Assembly (NCBI GenBank): GCA_964016885.1
Contig: OZ024741.1
Coordinates: forward strand, 69,130,001-69,194,000
Length of the DNA: 64,000 bases
Origin: Eledone cirrhosa
Taxonomy: Eukaryota
Reading direction: 5' to 3'
The notes under the pieces were generated by a model. The model did not search any database, had not been told where the DNA came from, and worked only from the letters and a program-made list of their open reading frames with translations. Every line of letters starts with the position of its first letter. Position 1 is the stretch's first letter. This document shows, in pieces, positions 11,625-25,211 of this stretch. A program made the translations under genes and the position numbers.

Positions 11625-12514
11625 TCTATATATATAAAACTGAGGATTTCTGTGTGAGTTTGAATCCCTAAAACTCGAGAACGACCCAACCGACTGTTTT
11701 CAAACTTTACACATGTAATACTTATATTTCAGGGAGTGTTCTGAGCAAAACAAATTTCAAATTTTCAATGCTCTATGGACCGCATTAGGCGATTTTGCGA
11801 TCGCTCTCTATAATTCTTTGTCTTTCTCTTTTTAGATAGATTCATACATATAACGTCGCGCCCTTATAATATCTGTCTGTATGTCTGGCTGTCTGCATTA
11901 CGTCACTTCCCTGAGGATGTATGTGTGTGTCTGAGTTTGAATCCCTAAATCGCAAGAAGTAAAGTTTGAAAAAAATCGGTTGGGTACATGTGTATTGCTT
12001 ATGTTTCAGGGAGTGTTATGCACATAAAAAAATTCAACTTTTTGATCCCCTAGGTGAAAAACTGCGTTTTTTTTCAGGTTTTTAGGGGGGGTTTTTTTGA
12101 GGCGTTACGTCAGACAGATTTACTTGAAATTGTAACTATGTATTAGTCAGTCTCTTCTTCATACCGTGAGCAGAGAAAATCCAACTTTTTTGTAGCCTAG
12201 GGCCCCGCATTAGGTGAAAAACTTCAGTTTTTTTCAGTTTTTAGGGCTTTTTGGAGGCGTTACGTCTAGCTGATTTTCCCGAAATTTCAAGGCATATTAT
12301 GCACATAAAAAAATTCATTTTCTTGATCTCCTAGGCGAAAACCTGCATTTTTTCCGCTTCATCGAGGAAAATCTTAAAGATTATCCAGCCATCAGAGTAT
12401 TCGGTTTATTTTCTTTACATTTTGTCCAGGCATGCAGTTTTTCCACGATTAGGTCTGTTGGCGGCCCTGGTTCCAAAATACCTTATCCTGTGCAACGCCG
12501 GGTACCACTGCTAG
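11625..12514 (+). mobile_element. Non-autonomous Helitron-like element, family B, copy 1
   Basis: It starts TCTATATATATAAAA and ends 'gcaacgccgggtaccactgCTAG|T'. It has an internal duplication and is colinear with copy 2 at 24252-25120. Confidence 0.8.
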
Positions 12515-12577
12515 TACTATATATTACGTGGTAGAAGTAAATCTGCTGTATTTGTTTAACATCACCTGACTCATTGT

Positions 12578-12851
12578 GGAGGCACGTGGTCTAGTGGTAA
12601 GTGTGTTGGACTTACGATCATAATGTCGTGAGTTTGATTCCTGGGCTGTGTTGCATGTTGTGTTCTTGAGAAAAAACACTTCATTTCACATTCATCCAGT
12701 ATACTCAGCTGAAAACGAGTACCAGCAATAGTTGGGGGTTTAATTCTGCGATGGAGTGGCGTCTTGTCCAGGGGAAGTCTTGTACTCTCAGTCGCATGAC
12801 GCCACGAAATCGGGATAAGCACTGGCTTGAGACAGACTTTACTTTAGACTT
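12578..12851 (+). mobile_element. tRNA-derived SINE group 2
   Basis: The head is 'ggcacgtggtctagtggtaag...gagtttgattcc', the core 'ttcttgagaaaaaacacttcatttcac' and the tail 'gacagactttactttagactt'. Confidence 0.8.
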
Positions 12852-13529
12852 GACTCATTGGTTTTTCAAACTGAGTCCACATTGTGGCAAGCATTCGAAC
12901 CAGATCTAAAGATAACTCGGCATCTTGATACGCTCGAAGTTTAATAAATAGCAACAAAACCTCCCTCAAATCATACTCTATCACGAGAGACAGAGATAGG
13001 GAGATTATCTGGGATGAATTGGTTGGAATGCTTCTGCTCCTAAGCCTATTAAATCTGCTTTAGAGACCCTTCAAATGATCATGTGTCCTGCCCATTCTCC
13101 AAAACTAGTCCAGTTGTCTGTCCTTTAGTTTAACCGCTGGGTCTAATTTGCACAGCGGGTTAAATACATGTTCATTAGATGCATGCATGTAACTTCATTA
13201 AGAAATTATCTCCATACATGTTGTCCCAGTACTTAAGTAGTTCACACGCGCATATTCATTCATTCATAGATTCTATAAAACGCTTTCCAAGAACAACAAA
13301 ACTACAAGTATTTGATTGTTTCCTGTTGAAATGAACGATGCAGTGAGCAGGATGTTTGTAATTCGCTATTTTCATTTCCTATTCAAGAATTGTCATTAAA
13401 CAATTAGCACTGGAAATTGTTCTTGTACATTATAGATGCTTCTTATTTAAATAACAAAAAACTTACCTAGATATCAACGCCTTTTAGTCTATCTATTGTT
13501 ATAGAAACATGCATTCCTTTCTTGTATTG

Positions 13530-14249
13530 CAACACACACGCACACACACACACACGCACGCGCACACACACACACACACACACACGCACCCACCCACATC
13601 CACACCCACCCACATCCACACCCACACCCACCCACACCACACACACCCACCCACACCCACACCCACACCCACCCACACCCACCCACACCCACACCCACAC
13701 ACACACACACACACCATACACACACACACACACACACACACCCACACACACACACACACTGTCTTGCATAGCTATGCACACTCGGTCATCCAGCTAAAGC
13801 CTTTGTTCTAGCTCGTATACTTGTACACACAAGTATGGTGTACACAATTTCTCTTTCTTTCTCTTTTTCTCTCTTTCTTTCTCTTTTTCTCTCTTTTTCT
13901 CTCTTTTTCTCTCTTTTTCTCTCTTTTTTCTCTCTTTTTCTCTCTTTCTTTCTCTTTTTCTCTCTTTCTTTTTCTCTCTTTCTTTCTCTTTTTCTCTTTC
14001 TCTTTTTTCTCTTTCTCTTTTTCTCTTTCTCTTTCTCTTTTTCTCTTTCTCTTTTTCTCTCTTTTTCTCTTTCTCTCTCTTTTTCTCTTTCTCTCTCTTT
14101 TTCTCTCTTTCTCTCTTTCTCTCTCTTTTTCTCTTTCTCTCTCTTTTTCTCTCTCTTTCTCTCTCTTTCTCTCTCTTTCTCTCTCTTTCTCTCTTTCTCT
14201 TTTTCTCTCTCTTTCTCTCTTTCTCTTTTTCTCTCTTTTTCTCTCTTTT

Positions 14250-14320
<71 letters not shown>
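13530..14320. repeat. (CA/CCA)n tract (13530-13760) and (CT/CTTT)n polypyrimidine tract (13848-14320)
   Basis: Seen directly. Confidence 0.95.
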
Positions 14321-14321
<1 letters not shown>

Positions 14322-14364
14322 GTGTAGACGTGTGCATTTTTATATCATTACTCATCATCATTAT

Positions 14365-14781
14365 TTAATGTACTGGGTAATTGCTGGCCTTGTGTCTAAA
14401 GTAGAAACAATCATTATTCTTTCTTTGACGTACAGTTACGGCCCTTGCCATTCTGAGTTCAAATCCGCCAAGGTTAACTTTGCCTTTCATCTTGACGGGG
14501 TCGATAAAATAAAGTACCAGTAATACACTGGGTAATTGCTGGCCTTGTGCCGAACGTAGAAACAATTATTATTATTGTGATGTATTAGCAGTATCGGTAG
14601 AGCGTCAGATATAGTTATGGCTCTTACCTTTCTGAGTTCAAATCCCGCCGAGGATAGCTTTGCCTTCCATCCTGACAGGATCGATAAAATAAAGCACCAG
14701 TAAATACTGGGGTTGATTTAATCAACTTTTCCCTCACCCCAAAATTGCTGGCCTTGTGCCTAAATCAGAAACCATTATTAT
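14365..14781 (+). mobile_element. Head-to-tail SINE group 1 cluster (truncated copies)
   Basis: Repeated core and 'gtagaaacaat'/'tcagaaaccattatt' tails. Confidence 0.9.
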
Positions 14782-15989
14782 TGGAAGCATTTGAAGAAGA
14801 TAAAAAGGATGATGTTTAAGTGATTCTTCATTAATGGCATTTAGAACCAATCATCGTCGTTTTTTCCCTTTCTTTTGCTATCGTTATCACCACCTCAACC
14901 TACAGAATGGATCTCTATTAGTATCATCTTTACATTATCTTCATCGGCGTCGTCATCTGCATTACATTTGTCGTTGTCATCTGCATTACAATTGTCATCA
15001 TCATCATCGTCGTAAATTGTTTTGGTCTGTTAAGTGACATAATTATGTTGCCAGTCTCTATTTGTCACTATAACCAGTATCACTTATAATCGCTATCATG
15101 CATTTAACAGAAGCTGTTACTATTAGTACTGTTTACCAATTTTGTGTCGCCATCAGTAACAGCAGCAAGATTCTCGGTTGCCAAAGAATTTGTGATTTTC
15201 ATAGTTAGTGATAAGGTGGCGAATGGTAGAATTGTTAGAACGTCGGATAGAATGCTTTGCGGTATTCGTTCCGGTTCTCTGCTCACTGAGTTCAAATCCC
15301 GCCTTTTCTTTCATCCTTTCGGGGTCGATAAAAAGAAAAGTTCCAGTCAAGTACTGGGGTTGATTCTTTCTCTATATACAGAGTGTCCCCCCAAAATGTA
15401 TACACACTTCAACAGCATTCTCATAAATATTGCCTGTACAGATAATCCAAGTGTGTATACATTTTTTGGGACACCCTGTATATCTCTCTATCTTTCCTGG
15501 AAGAAATTTGCTGTATTCAAATCTGGAGAGGATTGGGCTCCATCAGGTTTTAAAATGCCCTAGAAATGTCCTATGCCAAAACGGCGCCCCTACTACTCCC
15601 TCAGAAATCACCGGACCATACACACATTACAGTTAGTAATAAATTATCACTGATAATGCGTCGTGGTTTGTAAAACTCAAGCCATTGGCTGTTTATCATT
15701 CTAAGACATTAGTAGCTATGAATGGCTACTTTAAATCTCATCTGCCTGTAACTACTGATGGAGTCTTAGAGGAGCCATCATGGCATACAACGTGACACAG
15801 CAGATTTCTTAAAATGTAAGAGAAAGAAACGATTCTAATACTGGACTGGTACGTTTTTTTCGAAAAGAAGAAAGCCAAAGTTAACTTCGGCGGGATTTTA
15901 GCTCAGAGCGTCGGAATGAATACCGGTGTTCTAACTACTGTACAAATTTGCCGACTTCCAGTTTATATGGTGATCAAATAAATATAAAA

Positions 15990-16960
15990 GAGTGGCTCAT
16001 CAAAACAGTGATCCGAGAGATTGGTTCATTTCGTGTTTTTGTCCGGCTATCAGAGAATATTATTGAAAATAAAGCAGTCTTTCTTTTTAGTGATAATGCT
16101 CTAGGTCAGTCACTCACTTCATATGGATGGCTTGATAATGTTCAAATAGCTTTTTAACTTCCAAACACAACCAGTTTGATTCAACCTATGAGCCATAGAG
16201 TTATTAGTGACTACGTTTTATGGCACATGTTTAATCAGATGATTAAGTTCTTAGATGATGGATCTAAACCTACTATAAAGGAATTTTTGCGTGATTACCG
16301 TATCATGAACTCTATTGAAATTTGATAGAGGCATGGTGAGAAATGTAAACAGCCACAATGAATCTTGTCAGGAGTAAAATCCAAGAATGAATTGTGGACT
16401 TCGTGGGTTTTTGAGGATCCAATACATAATGTTCACGAGGGAAATTGTTGGACTGAATATTTTAGTTGGATTTAAATAAATACATGAAGATGTAGTTGAG
16501 TTTCTTGAATCACATAGTGAAGAAATATCTAATGATGAATGAATGACTTCATAGGCCGCGAATTTGTGCAACTAAAGATTTCTCTTAGGCTTTCTCCTGT
16601 TTAGATAAAATTGTGTTTCCACTGAAAAACATTGTCGAAGAGGGAGCAGTTCAGAATAAGTTAATGCATGAATACAACAGCTAAAGATAAAAAAAAAGAT
16701 AAAAAGAAAAAAATGTGCGATGATAAAACCTTGAACATGTTTTCTAAACTTAACATCATTGCAATAATTTAGCAGAAAACATAAAATATTTATACTATGT
16801 GCACTAGTGAAGATAGTGTGAAAATTTGCACTAAACTAAAATGAAGACTTCAATTGTTAATGTGGTGCAGTCATAATGTTGTTTTATACCTTTTAAGAAT
16901 GTTTTGCTAATATGATTTTATGTGGTATAAAACGTTAATAGTTAAAGTAAATAATTATCT
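15990..16960 (+). pseudogene. Decayed pogo/Tigger-family DDE transposase fragment plus 3' region
   Basis: Translation across stops and frameshifts gives ENKAVFLFSDNALG...NVQIAF*LPNTTSLIQPM, PTIKEFLRDYRIMNSIE and GFK*IHEDVVEFLESHSEEISNDE. These match the Tigger motifs LLLDNAPGH, FLPPNTTSLIQPMDQG and VEELLESHSEELTNEEL. The 3' noncoding part recurs at ~43820-44015. Confidence 0.85.
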
Positions 16961-17483
16961 TATCAGTATTATTAATCTTTCTTAAATGCATGGTGGATAA
17001 CACGCAAGGCAGACTCGTTAGCACGTTGGATAACACGCAAGGCAGACTCGTTAGCACGTTGGATAGAATGCTTTGCCGTATTCGTTCCATTTCTCTGCTC
17101 TTTAATTTCAAATCCAGCCTTAGTCAACTTTGCCTTTCATCCTTTCGAAATCGATGAAGTACCAGTATAATACTGGGGTCGATTCCCCCCCTCTCTCTCT
17201 AAGAATAATAAGAAATCGGCTGTGTTAATATCTGCTGAGGGATGAGCTCAGCCTGTTTTAAATGCTTCTATAAATCTATCCAAGATTTAAGGATCCATGC
17301 ATGGCTGGATATAGCACGCGTATATTTCAATGTTTAATATCATTCACGTTTTATTAAGTTTTAAATATATACATAAATAACATTACATATTGCTCACAAT
17401 TCTTTTTAGAATGAAACTATAAACACATATAACAAATACAATTAACTACTGCTAGGAACCTTACAAATACAACACACCAAAAT

Positions 17484-18225
17484 CAGTGGCGGCTCGTGGC
17501 TAAAATTAGTTGGGGTGCTGCTTCAGAAATGTTTAGCTATTGTTTTAATATTATATAAAACGAAACAAACATATCAAATGAAAATTTATACATAAACTTG
17601 ATAAAATCCTAAACAAAAATTTTTTTTTTACTTACTAATAAATTGTTACAGTTCAAGTTTGATCCATTCTTGTTTTACTTTGAGCGAAAAGGTTAGTAAT
17701 TTTCTCTTTCATCTCTGGATGACTGTTGAGGACATTTATCACCATTGAAAGCACTGCAAGTGCATTTAGTCTTTCAGGATTCATACTGCTCCTTAGAAAA
17801 GTGTTTATTCTTTTCAGTGTTGAAAAGCAGCGTTCTGGCTCTGATGTAGTTATGGAAATTCTTATCAGTTTCGTAATTTCACTAAGAACACCATCTAGAT
17901 TATTTTTCAAGATGGATTTCAGCAGCTATTTGAAATATTTGAAATATTGATGCATATCGGATGTACAATAGAATACTTTTAGTTCAGTTTCAAGCTTTTC
18001 TTGTCAATCATGGTCAGTACTGTCTCTTCTGTAGGTTGTTTATTCTTAAAACTAGTGAAGATTTTCTTGTTGAACAATTTAGCAGCTACTAAGTGTTTAG
18101 TGGAAGAATATCTGTCCATTATATCAACACATGCAGTCACACACTTTCTTTGCTTCTGTTATGAGTGTCTTTGAAGGATTATCAGAGTACTTCAAGTTTC
18201 TCATTTCTAAAATAGCAGTTTTGAA
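17484..18225 (-). pseudogene. hAT transposon 3' fragment (C-terminal dimerisation domain) with one TIR
   Basis: The ORF reads ...ITTSEPERCFSTLKRINTFLRSSMNPERLNALAVLSM..., matching hATC 'ERxFSxLKRIKTxLRSTMxxERLxxLAxL'. Upstream frames are broken. A hAT-like terminus CAGTGGCGGCTC lies at 17484. Confidence 0.85.
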
Positions 18226-18229
18226 ATCT

Positions 18230-18365
18230 CCGACCTATTGTCCCACATCAACGGAATATTTTGAGGCAAGCCAATACAGGTGATGGCGAGGCTAAGGCGC
18301 TGAAACAACCAGGCACCCTCACGGGCATCACCTGATACCTCAGTAAGGTGAGCCGCCAGTGATGA
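18230..18365 (-). pseudogene. CRE-clade non-LTR retrotransposon C-terminal fragment, copy 1
   Basis: SSLAAHLTEVSGDAREGAWLFQRLSLAI resembles the CRE C-terminal motif 'RL...SGD.RE..FL.QR.S.AIQRGN'. It is homologous to 19790-19895. Confidence 0.7.
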
Positions 18366-19679
18366 ATAGAAGTATTTTGAGTCTTTATTCAGAAGACTCA
18401 AGCACACGTATATTGACATATAATAGAAGTGTTTTGAGTCTTTATTTAGAAGTTTGGTGACTAGGTATATATCAATACATCTAGGAATTGTAACTAGTTT
18501 ATACTACTGAATCTACATTAAAAAAGGTTTTCACTTTGTCATTTCTCTTCTCAACAACCTATCAAACGACGCTAGGCCTTAAAATACTGTAATTGAGGAA
18601 AGTCGATTAAATGGTCCCCAGTGCGTTACTGGTACTTTATTTTATCGATCTCGTAAGGATGAAAGGCAAAGTTAACCTTGGCGGGATTTTATTTATAATG
18701 TTTATCATAACTATAATATTTTTAACCCGTCAGTAAAATCAGTTGGATTACTTGGAATAAATAATGAATGAATATTACATAATTTATCTACTAAATTTCG
18801 TAGCTGTTGATTAAACAACTATTCTTATATATAATGATTGCTTATTTTAAGATTCACTTCTTTTAAAATTTTCAAATGACTACCCTTCCGGTTAGCGTCC
18901 GTTATATCATAACACTTATTACATTGCTTATATTAACATCCATATATTTGCATCGTTATATAAGGTTTCATTGAGTTACGGCCCTTTATGGTCTGAGTTC
19001 AAATCCCGCCGAGGTTAACTTTGCTTTTCATCCTTACGGGGTCGATAAAATAAAGTACCAGTAATGTACTGGTTAATTGCTGGCCTTGTTCCAAAAGTAG
19101 AAACAATTACATTTCACCGTAATGCAGTTTATATATAATTTCGTCTTTTTTAAATGTATCATGGATTACTTTATTGATTACAGAAGAGAGTGTAACACAG
19201 TCTCTCTTCAATTTCTGTGCATATTGTCAATTATTATTTTATTTGACATATCATATCTACTTGGATGTATACTTGCGTATAATATAAATATGCACACTAC
19301 ACATGCTAGCAGAAAACCACCCGGAGGGTGGTTTTTCTGCTAGTATTACGTAAAAAACGAATATATATATATATAATTCTTTTCATATTTATCATAATTT
19401 AATTATGATAATTTATTTTAAGTAAGTAGTTACATATATATATATATATATATATTTTTTTTTTTTGCGAATCATATTAAGTAATGTGGATACGACTGGG
19501 ATGAATTCCTCACAATTTATAATACAGTTGAGACAGAAGTATACCATGTGTATATTTAAAAAAAATAAACATGAAGTTACATATTACTCGTTTAATTAAA
19601 AACCAACTATTATTAATTAAAAAAATATCAGTATTGCAAAGGTTAAGTGAGAACTCTGTAATCAGATATAATAAGGAAT

Positions 19680-20057
19680 TTTATTACATTTATATCAGAT
19701 AGAAATACATTCATATAATCTGCTAGGAACTTTATAAATATACAATCAAAGCGGAAAAACCCCCATCAATCGGTCACACACTATCTGTGTCACCGGAACT
19801 TTTTGAGGCAAGCCAACATTCTGGCGAGCCTAAGGTGCTAAAACAACCTAGCACCCTCACCTGACACTGCGGTAAGGCGAGCTGCTAATGATGACAATAA
19901 CTTTGTTGTCAGCAGCCCAGCTACACAAAACGTCTCGAACGCTACAGGCTGGAAAAAATAGTTTGATAATTTCCGGTATTTTAGGATTTTATTCCGTTCG
20001 GCTACGGAAGCATTTACCGCAGCATCCAGGGTGTGGGAGGGAGCAAAAGAGTCACTT
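19680..20057 (-). pseudogene. CRE-clade non-LTR retrotransposon fragment (restriction-like endonuclease end plus 3' UTR), copy 2
   Basis: DSFAPSH...ASVAERNKILKYRKLSNYFFQPVAFETF... matches the RLE motif 'D.LA.SH...AE..K..KY..L...Y.F.P.A.ET.G'. Confidence 0.75.
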
Positions 20058-20257
20058 TGTAATCTCATTGTAAATACATACTTTTGAAATTTAAAGTTAA
20101 CCCAAGCAAGTAAATAAATCAAGGAAGACATGGCACGATTTCAGATTTTAAAATGGTTGTAGTCCCTGCATGTGTAATTAGGAAGCAATAGAGATATGTA
20201 TTTAACTGCTCAGACATATGTGTTGTTAATTTATTTTGTTTTTATGTTTACTAATAT

Positions 20258-20611
20258 TAAATGGTTGTGAGTCATGGACTTTAAAGGCATCTGACTTGAA
20301 ACGACAGAGTGCATTTGCAATGTCATGCTATAGGCGTGCACTTAGAATTAGCTGGACACCTCACAGAACAAATGAATCTGTCCTGGAAGAGATTGGTGCC
20401 AATCGACAGTTGGTTCAAACAGTAAGGAAAAGGAAACTTCTGTATTTAGGTCATGTCATCAGGGCCCCAAATTTGACTACCCACATTCTTAAGGGACGAA
20501 ATGGAAAGGAGTTTGGCGGAATGTACGGCAATGGCAAAAGACGGAAAAATGGAGAGTGTTGGTCCATAAATCCATGACCCTCGACTCTCAAATATCAGGA
20601 TGGGATAAGAG
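20258..20611 (+). pseudogene. RTE-clade LINE 3' fragment
   Basis: LNGCESWTLKASDLKRQSAFAMSCYRRALRISWTPHRTNESVLEEIG...RKRKLLYLGHVIR matches RTE 'YGCEtW...AFE..C.RR.L.I.W....TN..V...L.YFGHV.R'. Confidence 0.9.
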
Positions 20612-20867
20612 CAATGGCCTTGTTTCAGGGGGGTACCAGGATACAAGCCCCGCCCCCCACTTTTTCAAACGTCTATATTTCATTTTTTGTTTATTTGATA
20701 TAATAAATTGTTTTTAAACTTCATTTGAATATGTAACATTTAATTAGCGTAAAATTTTACTTATGTGATAGGGTTCTGGAAAGGCACCATAAGCAATTTA
20801 TGCTCTTTTAAGAATCAACAAATGTTGGTTTGTCCCCCTCACAATTTTAAGGCAAACGAGGCCCCAG
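20612..20867. mobile_element. hAT-type MITE with a perfect 8-bp TSD
   Basis: GATAAGAG occurs at 20604-11 and 20868-75. The imperfect TIRs are CAATGGCCTTGTTTC / CAAACGAGGCCCCAG. Confidence 0.75.
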
Positions 20868-21784
20868 GATAAGAGAGAGCGAATATTAATACTGTTGTTT
20901 TCTGTTTCTTCATCTGTTACACGCTTAAACATGATGTTTTCTTTCTCGGCTGTTTATAAATATTTTTTTATGTTAGTTTTTTAATTTTTTACGTTCATCT
21001 TCTTTGCGCTATCAGATTAGGTGATTTAATTTAAAGCTGCTGTTTGAGGTAGCTACGTATATTTTTTTAAGCCTTTAACCCTAACGACCCATTTACTTAT
21101 AAACTTGGTTTCGGTATATACAGTAGGTATACGCCAAAATAATCACACGTACAAATTCAAACGAATACAAAATATCTTTTTGCTTTGTGTACACACACAC
21201 ACACACACACGTTTGTGTTGTGTTGTGTTGTGTTGTGTGTGTAAATATATCAATTTTAGTGTGTGTGACTGAGCTCATGTATATGCATATATAGTTAGTC
21301 TCTCTGTGTGCGTCTGTGCACGTTTAGTCCACATGTCTGCCTGCGGGCGTATTAGTACGTGTATTTAACGTGTGTGTTTTCTTACAATTCTAGTACTCTG
21401 TGGATTTGAAGTAGACGGTAGTTAACCGAATTAGATTAGATACTTTACGTTTCAAATTGAGAGAAAAAAAATATTTCAGACATGAGGGGTAGTGTTAATA
21501 GGTGTAGCTGTGTTTGTGTGTGCTCTTTAAAGTTTAGACACAGTAAAGGTTGAAGTGAGCATGACCGACCTTCGTAGGCCATCTTATAACTAGTGGCGAG
21601 AATGGTTGATATTCGATTTTAATATCTGGACGTTGACATTATATGTAGGGAATTTACAGTCGTTAAAACGTCAGGTAGAATGCTTTGTGTTATTCATCTG
21701 GATCTCTCACTTCAAATCCCGTCCAGATCAACTTGGCCTTTCACCTTTTCGTTCTCGTTAAAAACTACACCAATTCAGTACTCG

Positions 21785-22865
<1,081 letters not shown>

Positions 22866-24125
22866 TTTGTCTTAGGTCTTACTCTCTCTTACTCAAATTA
22901 GCCATTCTATTTCTATCGCCCTCCCCCTCTCACCCTTTATTTTTTTTTGACAAATTTTCTCTTGTTCTCTGCATCTCTTCGTACGACAACAAAATTAGCA
23001 AAACGTTCACAGTGTGGACAGTCAGTCTCGTACAGTATCGATTTTAGATCAGAAATGATCATATCTGATGAAAAAATATAGGAAACCTTTCTTTCTTATC
23101 TCACAACTTCTAGTCATTGTTGCCAGTCTTTTTACTACTTAAGTCTTCTTTTATATCCACTTCTCCTCAGCAAGACATTCAAACTTAAGAGTGACCTAGG
23201 TCAGTGTAGTTTCAAGTTTTTAAGTCAATGAATTTGCTTGCGATCAAACTGCTGGTTTACCTTCTTCACCCCAGTATCACCTTTTCTATAACAACAATAA
23301 AAACTACTTTACAACGTAATCTTTTAATATCGTTCTCGTCCTCATTATAATTTAACATCATTGTTTTTCCTCGGCTGGACAGATTGTCACAAACTGAGTC
23401 AGGATTCAAGTGAAACTACTGACTTCTCGGATGGGCCGGGGTGCCTGCATTTCAGTTACGTTCCTACACTTTATCGAGTGCTCAGACGGACCAGGGGCCT
23501 GCATCTTGCTTACTTATGTTCCTGTGCTCTATTGAGTATATCATATTTGACCATCACTAGGGAGGTTGTCATGACTGACGCAGCTGAAGAATCTTCCTTA
23601 CTTGGCAAGTTAGGATTAGAATTTAACCCTTTTGTTACCATATTTTTAATGAAAAACTGCTTATGATTTATAATTAATTTTTTTTTAGATAATCAAGAAA
23701 TTAGAAGGATTTAGTAATATAACTAATTTTTTCATTATATATATGGTATCTAGAACATAAAAGTTTTTTCATAAAATTACGAGGGAAGGTTTTTAGATAA
23801 ATATAAACACTTTAAAATATGCTCTGTTTGATAGAACCATGGGTGGTTTCAGGAGGTTTGTATTAAAAAAGATTAAGGTACTGTGTTTGTTAAGTCACAG
23901 TGCCAAGGCAGAAGAGAAGTATAAACCTTTTAAATACTGCTACAGGAACCATGTGAGAACATCAACAATTATATCCTGGAAGTAAGTGTGGAACATGTCT
24001 CCAGCAAATTTTCCTTGTATTTCAACAGACTGCTATTTCCAGCAAATTTTGTTATACTATATTTTTTTTTACCACTTGATGGTAAGTTGTTAAGATATAA
24101 GGAATGTTTGCTACCAAATGTTTGA

Positions 24126-25211
24126 CTCTTTCATAACCATATTTCTAACGATATACACTCTATTTTAATTAATTAATGAAGAATTTTGGGGGATTTACTA
24201 AAATTATCAATTATTTCATTACTAAGATTGTAACTTAATGTATAGTTCTTATCTATCTATATATATATATAAAACTGAGTGTGTGTGTGTGTGTGTGTGT
24301 TTGAATCCCTAAAACTAGAGAACGACCCAACCGACTGTTTTCAAACTTTACACATCTAATACTTATGTTTCAGGGAGTGTTCTGAGCAAAAAGAAAATCA
24401 AATTTTCAATGCCCTAAGCACCGCATTAGGCGATTTAGTGATCTCTCTATAATTCTTAGTCTTTCTCTTTTTAGATAGATACATACATATAACGTCGTGC
24501 CCTTATAATATCTGTCTGCATGTCTGGCTGTCTGCATTACGTCACTTCCCTGAGGATGTATGTGTGTGTCTGAGTTTGAATCCCTAAAACTCGAGAAGTA
24601 CCCGACCGACCTTTTTCAAACTTTACATGTGTATTACTTATGTTTCAGGGAGTGTTATGCACATAAAAAATTCAACTTTTTGATCCCTTAGGTGAAAAAC
24701 TGCGTTTTTTCAGGTTTTTAGGGGTTCTTTTTGAGGCGTTACGTCAGACAGATTTCCTTGAAATTGTAACTATGTATTAGTCAGTCTCTTCTTCATACCG
24801 TGAACAAAGAAAATCCAACTTTTTTATGGCCGCATTATGTGAAAAACTTCATTTTCCCAGCTTTTTTGAGGCGTTGCGTCCAGCCGATTTATCGAAATTT
24901 CAAGGCATATTATGCACATAAAAAAAAATCATTTTCTTGATCCTCTAGGGCCTGTATTTTTCCTGCTTCATTGAGGAAAATCTTAGATTATCCAGCCATC
25001 AGATTATTTGGTTTATTTTCTTTACATATTGTCCAGGCATGCAGTTTTTCCACGATTGGTCTGTTGGCGGCCCGCGTTCCAAAATACTTTATCCTGTGCA
25101 ACGCCGAGTACCACTGCTAGTATAAAATAAAGTTGAAAGATTTGAATTTAAAATGGGTGGTTTTATTTCACAGTACCAGAGCCGGTTTTGGCCAGATTGG
25201 TAACTAAAGGG
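24126..25211. mobile_element. piggyBac-type MITE family B, interrupted by a Helitron
   Basis: The flanks join to match the uninterrupted copy at 37197-37402, and the right end is AAAGGG|TTAA. Related copies lie at ~23627-23871, 37674-38041, 43355-43814 and 54016-54951. Confidence 0.75.
24252..25120 (+). mobile_element. Non-autonomous Helitron-like element, family B, copy 2
   Basis: A|TCTATCTATATA...CCACTGCTAG|T, inserted at an AT site without a TSD. Confidence 0.85.

Noticed and set aside
18350-18361. GAGCCGCCAGTG, an 11/12 match to the inverted hAT TIR at 17484
   Set aside because: It lies within the CRE coding homology, which continues past it in copy 2, and no 8-bp TSD flanks the pair. 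It is probably coincidental.
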